This document shows positions 1 through 11,398 of a DNA stretch of 64,000 nucleotides, one piece after another. Source of the DNA: the human T2T-CHM13v2.0 reference genome, Homo sapiens; NCBI RefSeq assembly GCF_009914755.1, contig NC_060934.1; one strand, 5' to 3'. Below the pieces are notes generated by a model. The model had not been told where the DNA came from. It made no database searches and worked only from the letters and a program-made list of their open reading frames with translations. Positions within the stretch are counted from its first letter, which is position 1; each line of letters begins with the position of its first letter. Position numbers and translations under genes: made by a program.

Positions 1-499
1 CAATAAGACTGCAATTTTCAAATGTGGGTTCATCCATGTAATAAATAAATACCTTGAAGTTATAAATCAGCTCAAATACATACATACATGTGTGTGTGCA
101 TGTATGACACATATTATATGTATTTTATATTTATATATATATATATGTGTGTATGTATGATTATACGTTCTTTAAATTACTTACAAAAACTCACCAGTCT
201 GGTGTTCTAGCAATGTGTAAAATAATTTTTTTGAAACACAAATTCAGAGACAGAAATGTATTCACTGAATTGTGTAATGGTAAGGAGAGTCATGTGTTGA
301 ATGGAGTAAAGAAAATGACAGCTCAGAATTGTGGAAAATAGTCAAGGCTTAGAAATAAAACATATTTGGTCTCTTACTTCCATATTCAAAAGGTGAGAGA
401 GCAAAATCCCTTGGGCTTTCTGAGTTTGTTTCAGATTACCTTTCTTCCAGTTGGGGAAAGATGTCAAATAGCAAATGTGGTGTTAACTAAAATATTACG

Positions 500-938
500 A
501 GTCTTAGTATATTTTATGCTGCTTATAACACAATATCTGAAACTGGGTAATTTATAAAGAAAAGGAATTTATTTCTTGTAGTTATGGAGGCTGGGACATC
601 CAAGGTGTAGGGACTGCATCCACTAAGGGTCTTCTTGCTGATGGGGACTCTCTGCAGAGTCCTGAGGTGGCACAGGATATCACGGGGTAAAGTGGCTGCA
701 TGTGCTAGCTCAGATCTCTCTTTCTCTTCTTATAAAGGCACCAATTCCATTCCCATGATAACCCATAAATCCTTTAGCTCATTCATCCATTAATCCATGA
801 ATGTATTAATCCATTTATGGGAGTGGAGCCCTCATGACCCAATAATCACCTCTTAAAGGCCCCACCTGTCAATTCTGCCACACTGGGGATTAAGTTTTAT
901 TATGAGTTTTGAAGGGGACAAACATTCAAACCATAGCA
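500..938 (-). mobile_element. MaLR solo LTR, MST-type
   Basis: GTCTTAGTATATTTTATGCTGC...ACATTCAAACCATAGCA matches the reverse complement of the MST/MLT1 LTR layout. Confidence 0.8.
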
Positions 939-1514
939 TCATGTAACTGGTTTCTAAGTTCAGATTCAAAGTAATGCTTCTGACCTGGTTCATCTAAAAT
1001 TCTAGTTCCTGCATTAATGGCTATAAAATATGTACCTGCCAACTTGCCAAGTTCTGCCTCTAATGCAAAGGTCTCTTTTTTTCTCTTTTTTCCCCCTCTC
1101 CTATTATTTTCTTTTCTCTCTATCCTATGATTTTCTCATACTCTCTCATTCTGGTTCTTTCTACTTCTTCACCCATAATTACTTCTTCTTAATTGTAATA
1201 GCTATCATATGCTTAGGATTAAGAGAAGAGAAGGATGAAGACAAAGGAATTGTCACCAAGAACCAACTAGGCCCCCATCAGGTTCCCTGATGTTTTAAAG
1301 ATGAGCCTAACATCTTGGTCAATGCAATTAAGGATGTGTCCAATTTATGAAGCTTCATATGCACTTAAGAAATCTGATTTACAAAGCTTTCTTGATTATA
1401 GAGGAGTTTTTTCTTGATCTATTATGATAGATTTGGTAATCTCAGATTACCTACTGAACACAGCCTTTCTACAAAAGCAGGGGGGTACTTTATGGTGCTT
1501 AAGGACCCATCGTC

Positions 1515-1685
1515 ACTCAGAACTCAGGTCTTGGCCCTGTCCCTCACCATGTGTGTGGCCTCAGGCAGGCCCTTAAACTTTCTAAGCCTCAGTTTTCTAT
1601 AGGCAATATGAGGATAACAATCATAACTACTTAATAGGAGTACCATAAGGATTAAGTGAAATATTATTTCTGAAGGCCTTAGCTG
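1515..1685 (+). mobile_element. MIR SINE
   Basis: Core TGTGTGGCCTCAGGCAGGCCCTTAAACTTTCTAAGCCTCAGTTTTCT...ATGAGGATAAC. Confidence 0.75.
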
Positions 1686-1864
1686 AAAGATTCCCAAATT
1701 ATATTATGAGATCGATAAATAATAGCTGTGTTTTTCTGTTATTAATCTAGTAATATGGTGTATGCACACAGATGGCAACCATAGGATCAGTTTGAGAAAA
1801 CAGCTGAAGCCAGTCTTCCAATCTCAATTTTCTATATCCTGGATTATTCTACTTCAATATTTAA

Positions 1865-1867
<3 letters not shown>

Positions 1868-1904
<37 letters not shown>
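1868..1904. repeat. (TC)n microsatellite, ~18 units
   Basis: Read directly. Confidence 0.95.
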
Positions 1905-1910
<6 letters not shown>

Positions 1911-2035
1911 TCCCTCTACTATTTTCTCTTCTATCCTATGATATTCTCATACCTCTCTCATTCTTGTTCTTTCTACTAATTCACCCATAATTACTTCTCT
2001 TTAATTGTAATAGCTATCATATGCTTAGGATTAAG

Positions 2036-2215
2036 GGCTTTACATGTATAATTTGTTCTCCATAGAAACAACACAAATGTAAATATTATTATTATCACTA
2101 ATTTTTAAATGAGAAAATTAGGTTAAATTTTTTACAAAGCAAGATTTTTGCATACTACAGCCAGGATTTGAACATCAGCTATCTAACTCAATAGCTGCTT
2201 CCATTTTCATTATAT
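2036..2215 (-). mobile_element. MIR SINE remnant
   Basis: GCTTTACATG...ATTATTATCACTAATTTT..AAATGAGAAAAT..AGCCAGGATTTGAAC. Confidence 0.6.
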
Positions 2216-2221
2216 CATATA

Positions 2222-2800
2222 TTTTAGTTAGCTATCTCTGCATTAAAAATACCCCAAAACTTGATAGCTTAAAACAATCACCATTGAATTAGCTCATGCC
2301 GCTTTAGCTCAGCACTCAAGGTTTGGCTCAGCTGGCTAGTTCTTCTGGTCTACAGTGGGTTCAACCAGGTATCTCTTGTCAGTATGTGTTGGGAGAGGCA
2401 ATTCTGCTGCTCTTAGCTGGTCTTTCTCATATTTTCTCATACGTTTCCAGGTTGGCTTGGTATAGGCTAGTCTGGGATCACCTTAGCTGGGACAACTGAG
2501 CTATCGTCCATGTCATCTCTTATACTCCCAACAAAACAGATCTGACTTGCTTACATGGTAGTGGCAGAGTTCTGAGAAAGCAGAGTCTAGCCTGCAACGC
2601 CTGTTGAGCTCTGAGTTCAAAACTAGCTTTCTATTTGTCTACTGAATTCTACTGGGCAAAGCAAGTCACAAAAGCCAGATTCGAGGAACAGGAAAATAAT
2701 CTCCACCCCTTGACGACAGGAATAGGGAAGTTCGTAACCCAAAGTACATGGGTCTAGGGAAGGATAGAGAATTTAAACTAGTTTTGCAATCAATTTTCAC
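2222..2800 (-). mobile_element. Old MaLR LTR (MLT1-type)
   Basis: TTAGTTAGCTAT...ACCCCAAAACTTGATAGCTTAAAACAA...GCAAAGCAAGTCACAAAAGCCAGATTC. Confidence 0.6.
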
Positions 2801-2905
2801 ACTAGACATTTTGTCACCTTAGTTTGTCTCCTGCACTTTGAGTCCCTGGCTTATAGTCATTTCTCTCAAATTTTGAAAAGTCTGAAAGAGTATCAAAGGG
2901 CTTAC

Positions 2906-2942
2906 CCCTTGCCCTTGTTAGAGCAAGGAATTGCAACAGACT
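2906..2942 (-). other. Candidate 37-nt internal exon
   Basis: Acceptor ttaattttcttcactccttag and donor GGG|gtaagc; phase 0 reads SLLQFLALTRAR. Confidence 0.35.
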
Positions 2943-3454
2943 CTAAGGAGTGAAGAAAATTAATGGCAAAATCTCTTGCTAAAAATGGGTGCAGTTGAGT
3001 GTCTATAATAGTTGCAATACAATAATAATAAAAACAAAAAAATTCAGAAGTATTTCCCTACCATCTGTCATTATTTTGCTAACGCATTCTATTGACATCC
3101 CCAGGAAACCCATGCACGAGGTAGCAATAGGCAAAAAAAAAATCCCACACAATAATTTGCAGACACACATTTCTATTTTTTATGGCTTAAAGAGAAATAC
3201 AGTTTGGGCTGCATAGCCCTATGGCAACCAAGTGTAAAGCCATAGCAGGTATCCACTTCCAAATTTATCTTTGCCTAGAGCCCCATCTGATTTATTTTTA
3301 AGTATATTTCACCAAGATGCCCAAAGTCAAAATGTTATTTACAGTGAGGAGCTGGAAGCGGAACATACTGCATCAATTTTTCCAGAAAGAAAGGAGCTCA
3401 GAAATCCACTCTTATGAAGGTAGAAAAACACAGCCCCCTTATTTGTTTACTTAG

Positions 3455-3508
3455 AGCCTTCTTCCTACCAGGAAAGCGATGAAGATAGCTCACATAATTG
3501 GCTGCAAG
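3455..3508 (+). other. Candidate 54-nt internal exon (opposite strand)
   Basis: Acceptor ccttatttgtttacttag and donor AAG|gtaagc; phase 1 reads PSSYQESDEDSSHNWLQ. Confidence 0.25.
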
Positions 3509-3645
3509 GTAAGCCACGTATATTGGGAAATGGGAAATCAATCCTTTTGTAACAATCCTGCCTTTGATTGAGCAGCATCTGTATGTTTAAAGAGAAAAGG
3601 GAGAAAGATTCAGCAGGTATCGATTCCAAAGTCATTATCACTCAC

Positions 3646-3699
3646 GTTCAGTGAAAACGAACCAGCTTTCCGTTTCCACTCAGCATTTGTTTGAATTAA
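3646..3699 (-). other. Candidate 54-nt internal exon
   Basis: Acceptor ttttgcatctttgtactctccag and donor AAC|gtgagt; only phase 0 is open: LIQTNAEWKRKAGSFSLN. Confidence 0.4.
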
Positions 3700-4139
3700 C
3701 TGGAGAGTACAAAGATGCAAAACACAGTAGTTGCCTCTGTAGGGCATCTTAACCTGGACCATTGAATCTAGATCTTCCAAGAATCATTTATTTTTTCTCT
3801 CTGAATTTCTCTGGGACACGTATACAACATCTAATCAAGGACTTCCTCTTCATCATTGCCAAGTGGTTACAGTTACTAGCTAAAGGAATTTCATTTTTCC
3901 CAGATACAAGTGTCTGAAATTTCAAAAGGCTGATTCTAAACACCAGTCTCTTTAAATCCTTCATTTTCACTAGGTGTCCAATGTTGGTTTAATTCCAGAA
4001 GATGCCTGCTTGAAGTTTCATTTCACACAAAAAAGTGCCTATGATAAATATTCTTAAATTTTCTTGCTAGGAAATTTGCATGTACAGGAAGAAGGGAGGA
4101 TAGTTTTTTTATAGGCTTCATTCTGATGTAAGAAAAAAC

Positions 4140-4440
4140 TGGTTATTAATGTGAATTTAATAAATACCTGTTGAAAACTACAATGCATCAGACACCACCC
4201 TAGGTACTATTGATCATACCAAGATGTAAAATTAGATATTGTTCCTGAACTTAAAGAGTTATCAGAGTGGCATAGCAGATATGCCAAGGTAATAAAAATT
4301 GTGGTAAATATCACTAGAGAAACAGAATCTAAACACTACTGAGCTCAGAACAGGGAAAGTTTGCCCCTGGTTAGGAAGAACCAAGAAAGACTTCATAGAA
4401 GAGGTGGCATTTGAGCTGGTTATCTTCTGCACATAGGTAA
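4140..4440 (-). mobile_element. L2 remnant
   Basis: GAAAGACTTCATAGAAGAGGTGGCATTTGAGCTGG is typical of antisense L2 3' region. Confidence 0.55.
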
Positions 4441-4443
4441 GAT

Positions 4444-4950
4444 TGAGGCAGGAGAACAGGGTTGGAAGCAGGGAATCTAAGGCCAATTCACACTGACTTA
4501 CTAGAACTAAATGAAAAGGAAAACTCCAAGTTTCCACACCTAAGTAACAAAAGGATGGGAGGCCACTCCGTTTGCAACCCCTGCCCCTCTATTTCTATAT
4601 TGCAGATGGAAAATTGAAAGTACCTCTGATTGATTGCTTTCCCCATAGGCGATGTGGAATGTAACTTTGTAACTTTACTTCAGCCTGTGATTGTGGGCCA
4701 CTACTTCATTTGCATGGAGTGTACACCAAGTGGCTAATGGGAAACCTCTAGAGGGTATTTAAACTCCAGAAAATTCTGTAACTAGGCTCTTAAGCCCCTA
4801 TGCTCAGGCCCACTCCTACCCTGTGGAGTGTACTTTGTTTTTCAATACGTCTCTGTTTTTGTTGCTTCATTCTTTCTTTACTTTGTGTGTGCATTTTGTC
4901 CAATTCTTTGTTCAAAACACCAAGAATCTGGACACCATCCACTGGTAACA
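4444..4950 (+). mobile_element. ERV1 solo LTR, MER51-like
   Basis: TGAGGCAGGAGAACAGGG...GGAATCTAAGGCC...CACTGGTAACA, TG..CA ends, flanks AGAT/ACAT. Confidence 0.8.
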
Positions 4951-5059
4951 ACATCAGTATTGCTTAAAACAATTACCTGTTGGTTGATACAAAGTTTTTA
5001 ATTTCATCTTGTGGTGCATCTCTTCCTAGCCAAAGCTAACCTACCATATAAAATGTGGA

Positions 5060-5262
5060 GACATAGAGGCGAACAACACACACTGAGGCCTTTTGGAGGG
5101 TGGAGGATGAAAGGCAGGAGATCAGGAGAAATAACTAATGAGTACCAGGATTTATACGTGGGTGATGAAATAATCTGCACAGCAAGCCCCCATGATACAA
5201 GTTTACCTATGCAATAAACCTGCACTTGTACCCCTGAACTTAAAAGTTAAAAACAAAATAAA
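5060..5262 (+). mobile_element. 5'-truncated L1P 3' end
   Basis: L1 3'UTR, A-rich tail, TSD ATAAAATGTGGA at 5048-5059 and 5263-5274. Confidence 0.85.
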
Positions 5263-5530
5263 ATAAAATGTGGACACTATCACTGTCTTTTTTTCCTGGA
5301 ATTTTCCTTAACTACCTATTCTTGTTGTGTTCCTCCTCTTAATAAAGAAAGCCTCAGTTGAGATGACACAAACAATTGGAAAAACATTCCATGCTCATGG
5401 ATAGGAAGAATCAATATTGTTAAAATGGCCATACTGTCCAAAGCAACTTATGGATTCAATGCTATTTATTTCAAACTACAAATGACATTTTTCATAAAAT
5501 TAGAAAAAAAGCTATTTACAAATTTATATG

Positions 5531-6313
5531 ATTCTATATACCAACAGTGAGTAATGTAAAAAAGAAATAAGAAAGTAATCCTATTTACAATAGCCACACT
5601 GAAAATTAAATACCTAGGAATTAACCAAAGAAGGGAAAGATCTCTATAATGAGCACTATAAAACACTGATAAAAGAAATTGAGGAAGACACCAAAAGATG
5701 GAAAGATATTCCATGTTCTTGGATTAGAAGAATCAATATTGTTAAAATGTTCATACTACCCAAAGCAATCTACAGATTCAATGCAATCACTATCAAAATA
5801 CCAGTTGGCATTCTTCACAGAAATAGAAAAAAAATCCTAAAATTTATATGGAACCACAAAAGACCCAGGCTAGCAAAAGCTATCCTAAGCAAAAAGAACA
5901 AAACTGGAAGAATTACACTACCAACTTCAAATTATACTACAGAGATATAATAACCAAAACAGCATGGTACTGGTGTAAAAACAGGCACATAGACCAATGG
6001 AACAGAATGGAGAACACAAACAAATCCACACACCTAGAGTGAACTCATTTTTGACAGAAGTGCCAATAACACACACTGGGGAAAAGACAATCTCTTCAAT
6101 AAATGGTGCTGGGAAAACTGGATATCCATTTGCAAGAGAATTAAACTAAACTCCTGTCTCTCACCGTAGACAAAAATCAAGTCAACATGGATTAAAGACT
6201 TAAACCTAAGACCTCAAGCTGTGAAACTACTACAAGAAAACACTGGGGAAAATCTCCAGGACACTGGCCTGGACAAAGACTTCTTAAGCAATACCCAACA
6301 AGCACAGACAACT
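5531..6313 (+). mobile_element. Internal L1 ORF2 segment (L1MA-like) nested in the host L1
   Basis: Repeats the ORF2 region already present in the host ([12 protein letters not shown]); flanked by AAATTTATATG / AAATTCATATG; no 3'UTR or poly(A). Confidence 0.7.
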
Positions 6314-6424
6314 AAAAATTCATATGGAACCAAAGCAGAGCTTGAATAGCCAAGGCAATTTTAAGCAAAAGAACAAAGATGGAGGCATCATGTTACCTGA
6401 CTTGAAACTATGCGACAAGCCTAC

Positions 6425-6799
6425 CATATTAGTCCATTCTCATGCTGCTAATAAAGACATACCTGAAACTGGGTAATTTATAAAGAAAAAAGAGATTTAA
6501 TGGATTCACAGTTCCACATGGCTGGGGAGGCCTCACAATCATGGTGGAAAGTGAAGGAGGAGCAAAGCCATGTCTTACATGGTGAAAGGCAAAGAGGGCG
6601 TGTGCAGGGGAACTCTCCTTTATAAAACCATCAGCTCTTGTGAGACTTATTCACTATCATGAAAATAGCATGGGAAAGATGCACCCCCATGATTCAATTA
6701 CCTCCCATCCTCCCATAGGGTCCCTCCCATGATGCATGGGAATTATGGGAGCTACAATTCAAGATGAGATTTGGGTGGGGACACAGCCAAATCATATCA
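6425..6799 (-). mobile_element. THE1 solo LTR inserted in L1
   Basis: ATTAGTCCATTCTCATGCTGC...GACACAGCCAAATCATATCA; TSD CCTAC at 6420-6424 and 6800-6804. Confidence 0.9.
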
Positions 6800-8799
6800 C
6801 CTACAGTAACCAAAACAGCATGGTACTGGTACAAAAACAGACACACAGACCAACAGAATGGAGAGCCCAGAAACAATGCTGCATACTCACAACCATCTCA
6901 TCCTTGACAAAGTTGACCAAAACAAGCAGTGGGGAGATGACTCCCTGTTCAATAAATTGTACTGGGATAACTGGCTAGTGATATCCAGAAGATTGAAGCT
7001 GGACTCCTTCCTTCCCCATATGCAAAAATCGACTAAAAATGGAGTAAAGACTTAAATGCAAAACCTCAAACCATAAAAACCCTAGAAGATAACCTAGGAA
7101 ATGCCATTCTGGACACAGACCCAGGCAAAGGTTTCATGACAAAGACACCTAAGCAATTGTAATAAAAACGAAAATGGACAAATTGGCCCTAATTAAACTA
7201 AAGAGCTTCTGTACAGCAAAAGGAACTATCAATAAACAGTCTACAGAATGGGAGAACATATTTGCAAACTATGCTTTGACAAAGGTCTAATATCCAGAAT
7301 ATATAAGGAGCTTAAACAAATTAAGCAAAAAACAACCCCATTAAAAAGTGGGAAAAGGACATGAACAGACACTTTTCAAAAGATGACGTACACGAGGCCA
7401 ATAAGCAAATAAAAAAATGCTCATCATCACTAATAATTAGAGAAATGCACATCAAAACCACAATGAGAGACCATCTAACACCAGTCAGGATGGCTATTTT
7501 GAAAACGTCAAAAAATAACAAATGCTGGCAAGTTTATGGAGAAAAGGGAACACTTATACACTGCTGGTGGCAGTGTAAATTAGTTCAGTCATTGTAGAAA
7601 GCAGTTTGGTGATTTCTCAAAGAATATAAAACAGAAGTACCATTCAATCTAGCAATCTCATTGTTTGGTATATACCCAAAAGAATGTAAATCATTCTACA
7701 ATAAAGACACAGATAGTCATATGTTCATTGCAGCACTATTCACAGTAGCAAAGTCATGGAATCAGCCTAAATGCCCATCAATGACTGACTGTATAAAGAA
7801 AATGTACGTATATAACATGGAATACTACACAGTCATATAAAAGAATGAGATCATGCCCTTTGCAGCAACAAGGATGGAGCTGGAGGCCATAATCCTAAGT
7901 GAACTAATGCAGGAACAGAAAACCAAATATTGCATGTTCTCACTTACAAGTGGGAACTAAACACTGAGTACACATGGACACCAAGAAGGGAACAACAGAC
8001 ACTGGAGCCTGCTTAAGGATGGAGGGTGGAAGGAGGGAGAAGACTGAAAATGTTGGGTACTATGCTTAGTACCTCGGTGATGAAACAATCTGTATACCAA
8101 ACCCCTGTGACATGCAATTTACCTATATATGAAACCTGCACATGTACCCCTAATCCTGAAATAAAAGTTAAAGAAAATATAGCCTCAGTAGTAATGTGCT
8201 CAATTTTTATCCCGAAACCAATGAGGGATGTAGTGAAGGAAGTAAAATAAAATTTCTCTATCTTTATCTTCCTTACTCAATTGCAGATTTCCATCTCTCC
8301 TTTCTTTTATTCAAGCCTATAGATAGAGTCCTCTCTAGACTTGTTCTCCCTACTGTGATATGAATAACTACTTGGGTTTTAAATTTTTTGGTTACTATAG
8401 TCAATGTTCTTAAGTAATATATTGGTTTTTGATTCCCAAGTGAAATCAGATAATTATAAAAAACATAATTATGTACTCACAATAAATTCTGTCCCTAGGA
8501 GACATCCTATTCCTATACATCTCTCCTTACTCTTCAATGCTCAAACACTTTGTAAAACCCAATGCTTTCCATAGAGGCCTGAAGTATAGACTGGAAGCAA
8601 AACCATTCTGTGTCTATCACAACCACCAATGAAACCACATTACACCAGACTAATAAAAAAAGATATTTCTTGGTATTTTTGGAAGAAGACAAAAGCAGGG
8701 TATGTTATCCATAGATTGCTTCGGTCTAGCCCAGGAAATCAAATCCTTTCAGATTTTGGTATATACAGAAAATAGTTTCAGTGAGCTACAATTTCATTC

Positions 8800-9280
8800 C
8801 ATAATTTTTTCATTCACCTTCACTGGATTCCTTTAATGTGGCAGGCAGGTGCTATGCTGAAAAATGAGATACAAAAAAAATGAGTTCGATATAAAACCTG
8901 CCCTTGAAGAATTCACAGGTTTGGTGGCTGCATAAATACAGTATGTAAAAATAATTGTGAAAAGTGTTAATAATATAGATGAGGGGATATTACTGTTAGA
9001 TCATAAAGAAGAACCCAATTCTACTTAGAGAGTGACAGAAAAAGCTTCAGAGAAACTCAAGGTGATCCTTGAGAAGATAAGAGTTTGATAATGAAAGGCA
9101 TAGAAGCCTATATGAGAAAAGAGAGGCATACAATAATGTGGCATATCCATGGAAGTGTAAGACATACACTATTACCACTACACAGGGTGAAGGCAGAGTA
9201 TGTTCTAAAAAAATATGAAATTGGTGACAGCTTGGGGCCAGATTTTGAAATGTGCTATTGTTAGTTAAAAACAATAGAAA
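8800..9280 (-). mobile_element. L2 remnant
   Basis: CATTCACC...AATGTGGCAGGCAGGTGCTATGCTG...CCTGCCCTTGAAGAATTCACAG. Confidence 0.5.
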
Positions 9281-9599
9281 TAGAATTAAACACTGAAAAG
9301 AGCATGCTGAACAAACTTAGATGATAACAGAACTTCACAAATATCCCCACTGAAAGAAGAACTCATAGAGGTATAGAAAATCTTTAGAGAGGGAGCATGA
9401 GAACTCGAAAAGGTAATACCATGGCATTCAAGGATGGAGAGATGTTGATGAAGCAAGGTTTGGCCAATGGGAACAATACAATGAGGGAGGAAGAGTTCAC
9501 GAATTTAAAAAAAAATAACTTGGATTTAATACCATAAAGTCAGTAAATAAGGTTTGGGTGGGCTGTGAATACTGGCGCCAGACTGAAGTGGATTAATTG

Positions 9600-10295
9600 A
9601 CAGAATGAGAGTTCTGCTTCATACGCCATGCAGGGACATAGGCTCCCTCCATGGTATGGCTCTGCCACCATCTTCTAGATCTGGCACCATCATCCCATGA
9701 TTCATTCAGAGGCAGTGGGAAAGCCAGAGCATGGAGGACCACGTGGTAAGTTTTATAGGGGCAAGACCCTGAAATTATGCTCATCCCATCACTTACATTC
9801 TACCAGCCAGAACCCAGTTGCATGACCTCTGATATGGTTTGCTTTGTCCCCACCCAAATCTTATTTTGAATTGTAGCTCCCATAATTCCCATGTGTTGTG
9901 GGAGGGACCCAGAGGGAGATAATTGAATCATGGGTGTGGTCCCCCATACTGTTCTGGTGGTAGGGAATAAGTCTCATGGGATCTGATGGTTTTATAAGGG
10001 GTTGCCTCTTGCACTTGGCTCTCATTCTCTCTTGTCTGCCACCATGTAAGATGTGCCTTTCACCTTCTGCCATGATTGTGAGGCCTCCCCAGCCACATGG
10101 AACTGTTAGTCCATTAAACCTCTTTTTCTTTATAAATTACCCAGTCTCGAGTATGTCGTTATTAGCAGTGTGAAAACAGACTAATACAATCACCTATACC
10201 TGCCAGGGCAACTGGAAAATGTAATGGACCTGCACACACAGGAGGAAGAAGAAACAGGAATACAAATAGTGAACACACAGCAGTGTCTGTCACAG
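9600..10295. mobile_element. Old MLT1-type LTR interrupted by THE1
   Basis: CATTCTACCAGCCAGAACCCAGTTGCATGACC continues after THE1 as CACCTATACCTGCCAGGGCAACTGGAAAATGTA. Confidence 0.5.
9830..10188 (+). mobile_element. THE1 solo LTR
   Basis: TGATATGGTTTG..TGTCCCCACCCAAATC...AACAGACTAATACA. Confidence 0.9.
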
Positions 10296-11398
10296 CTGTT
10301 TTTCCTTATTCTTTTACAGAATTATTTTTAAAAATTATAAGCAAAAGAGACATGTAACAGGGAATTTTCAGCCTTTGCATGTGTTTTCTTCCTTATTGCA
10401 GCTTATCTCTTGGGAGAGGCACAAAGATGATTCTTAAGAACAGAAAAACAGCAGCAGTTTTTTTTTTTTTTAAATCCCATTCGTTTTCCAGTTGGAGAAA
10501 AAATCTTTATGTGTAGCTGTCAAAATGCTCAGGCCCCACACATGGTACAGTATTTGGATGAAGTTTAAAGGAATAGAAACAACAACAAAAAACCCACTAA
10601 TGATAATTTCTAAGGGACTTTCTTGCCAGAAAAAGATACAAACATTGTCAAACATCATAATGCTACAAACACCAGTTATACCGGCTGCAAATTTCATTTG
10701 CATTAGAGCCAAGCATCTGACAGTGTCAGTGGTGGAGAAAGAAGTGAGGGTAGCCACCCCTCTGGATATAATTATGGCCAACAAAGAAGAATGTACTGGT
10801 GTCTGTGGGTATGAGAACTGTGGGAGAAAGTGACCATGTCAGTGGAGATTTTATTGTGGGCAACAGGAGAATGAAGAGCAGATTTCAAAACGTTCACAGA
10901 AAAGGAGGATTTGGTAACTAGTGGTTATGACAGGATGTGGCTCAAATGGAACAGAAGATTAAAAACTGAAAATCTGACCATATAATCCATCACAAGTATT
11001 CCACATCAGGAAGAAAAGAGAGAATCAGCTAAGAAAACCAATGCCACATCTTAGGGAACTCTGGGTGAGTTCCATTAAAAATGGGAACTCTATCCGATAG
11101 AAGAAAGGACTGAACCTAAAAAGGAGTACAGATCTAAGAGAGAACCAGGGTGCAAAGGACTAAATTAACTGGGATTTCTGTAACAAGCAGGGCAACAAAC
11201 TAAAAAGAAAGAGAGACAGCCCATCTAGTGGGACAGAGCAGTATATTTACCTGTGACAGAAAGGGACACATCTACATATTCTTATTTTTCTAACCTTTTC
11301 CAGATATTTTTATCCCCAACTGAAAAACCTACAACAAGCATTGCTTCTTGTTATGAGAAAGAAAGAGAAATCCAATGTAGAAAGAGAAATACTTTTTT

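Larger units (their letters stand above)
1093..2035 (+). repeat. Dispersed direct duplication of ~130 bp (1093-1223 and 1912-2035)
   Basis: Both copies read ...CTATCCTATGA...TCACCCATAATTACTTC...TTAATTGTAATAGCTATCATATGCTTAGGATTAAG. Confidence 0.9.
5359..8180 (+). mobile_element. 5'-truncated L1 (old L1PA/L1PB type): ORF2 3' part plus 3'UTR, with nested inserts
   Basis: ORF2 peptides (MNRHFSKDD..., HLTPVRMAI); TSD core AGCCTCAGT at 5350-5358 and 8181-8189. Confidence 0.9.

Noticed and set aside
8818-8856. 39-nt minus-strand exon-like segment
   Set aside because: Inside an L2 remnant with a mediocre donor; illustrates how often pseudo-exons arise by chance
10470-10833. Overlapping 104- and 113-aa ORFs on both strands
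   Set aside because: Non-ATG starts, no recognisable domain, no convincing splice context
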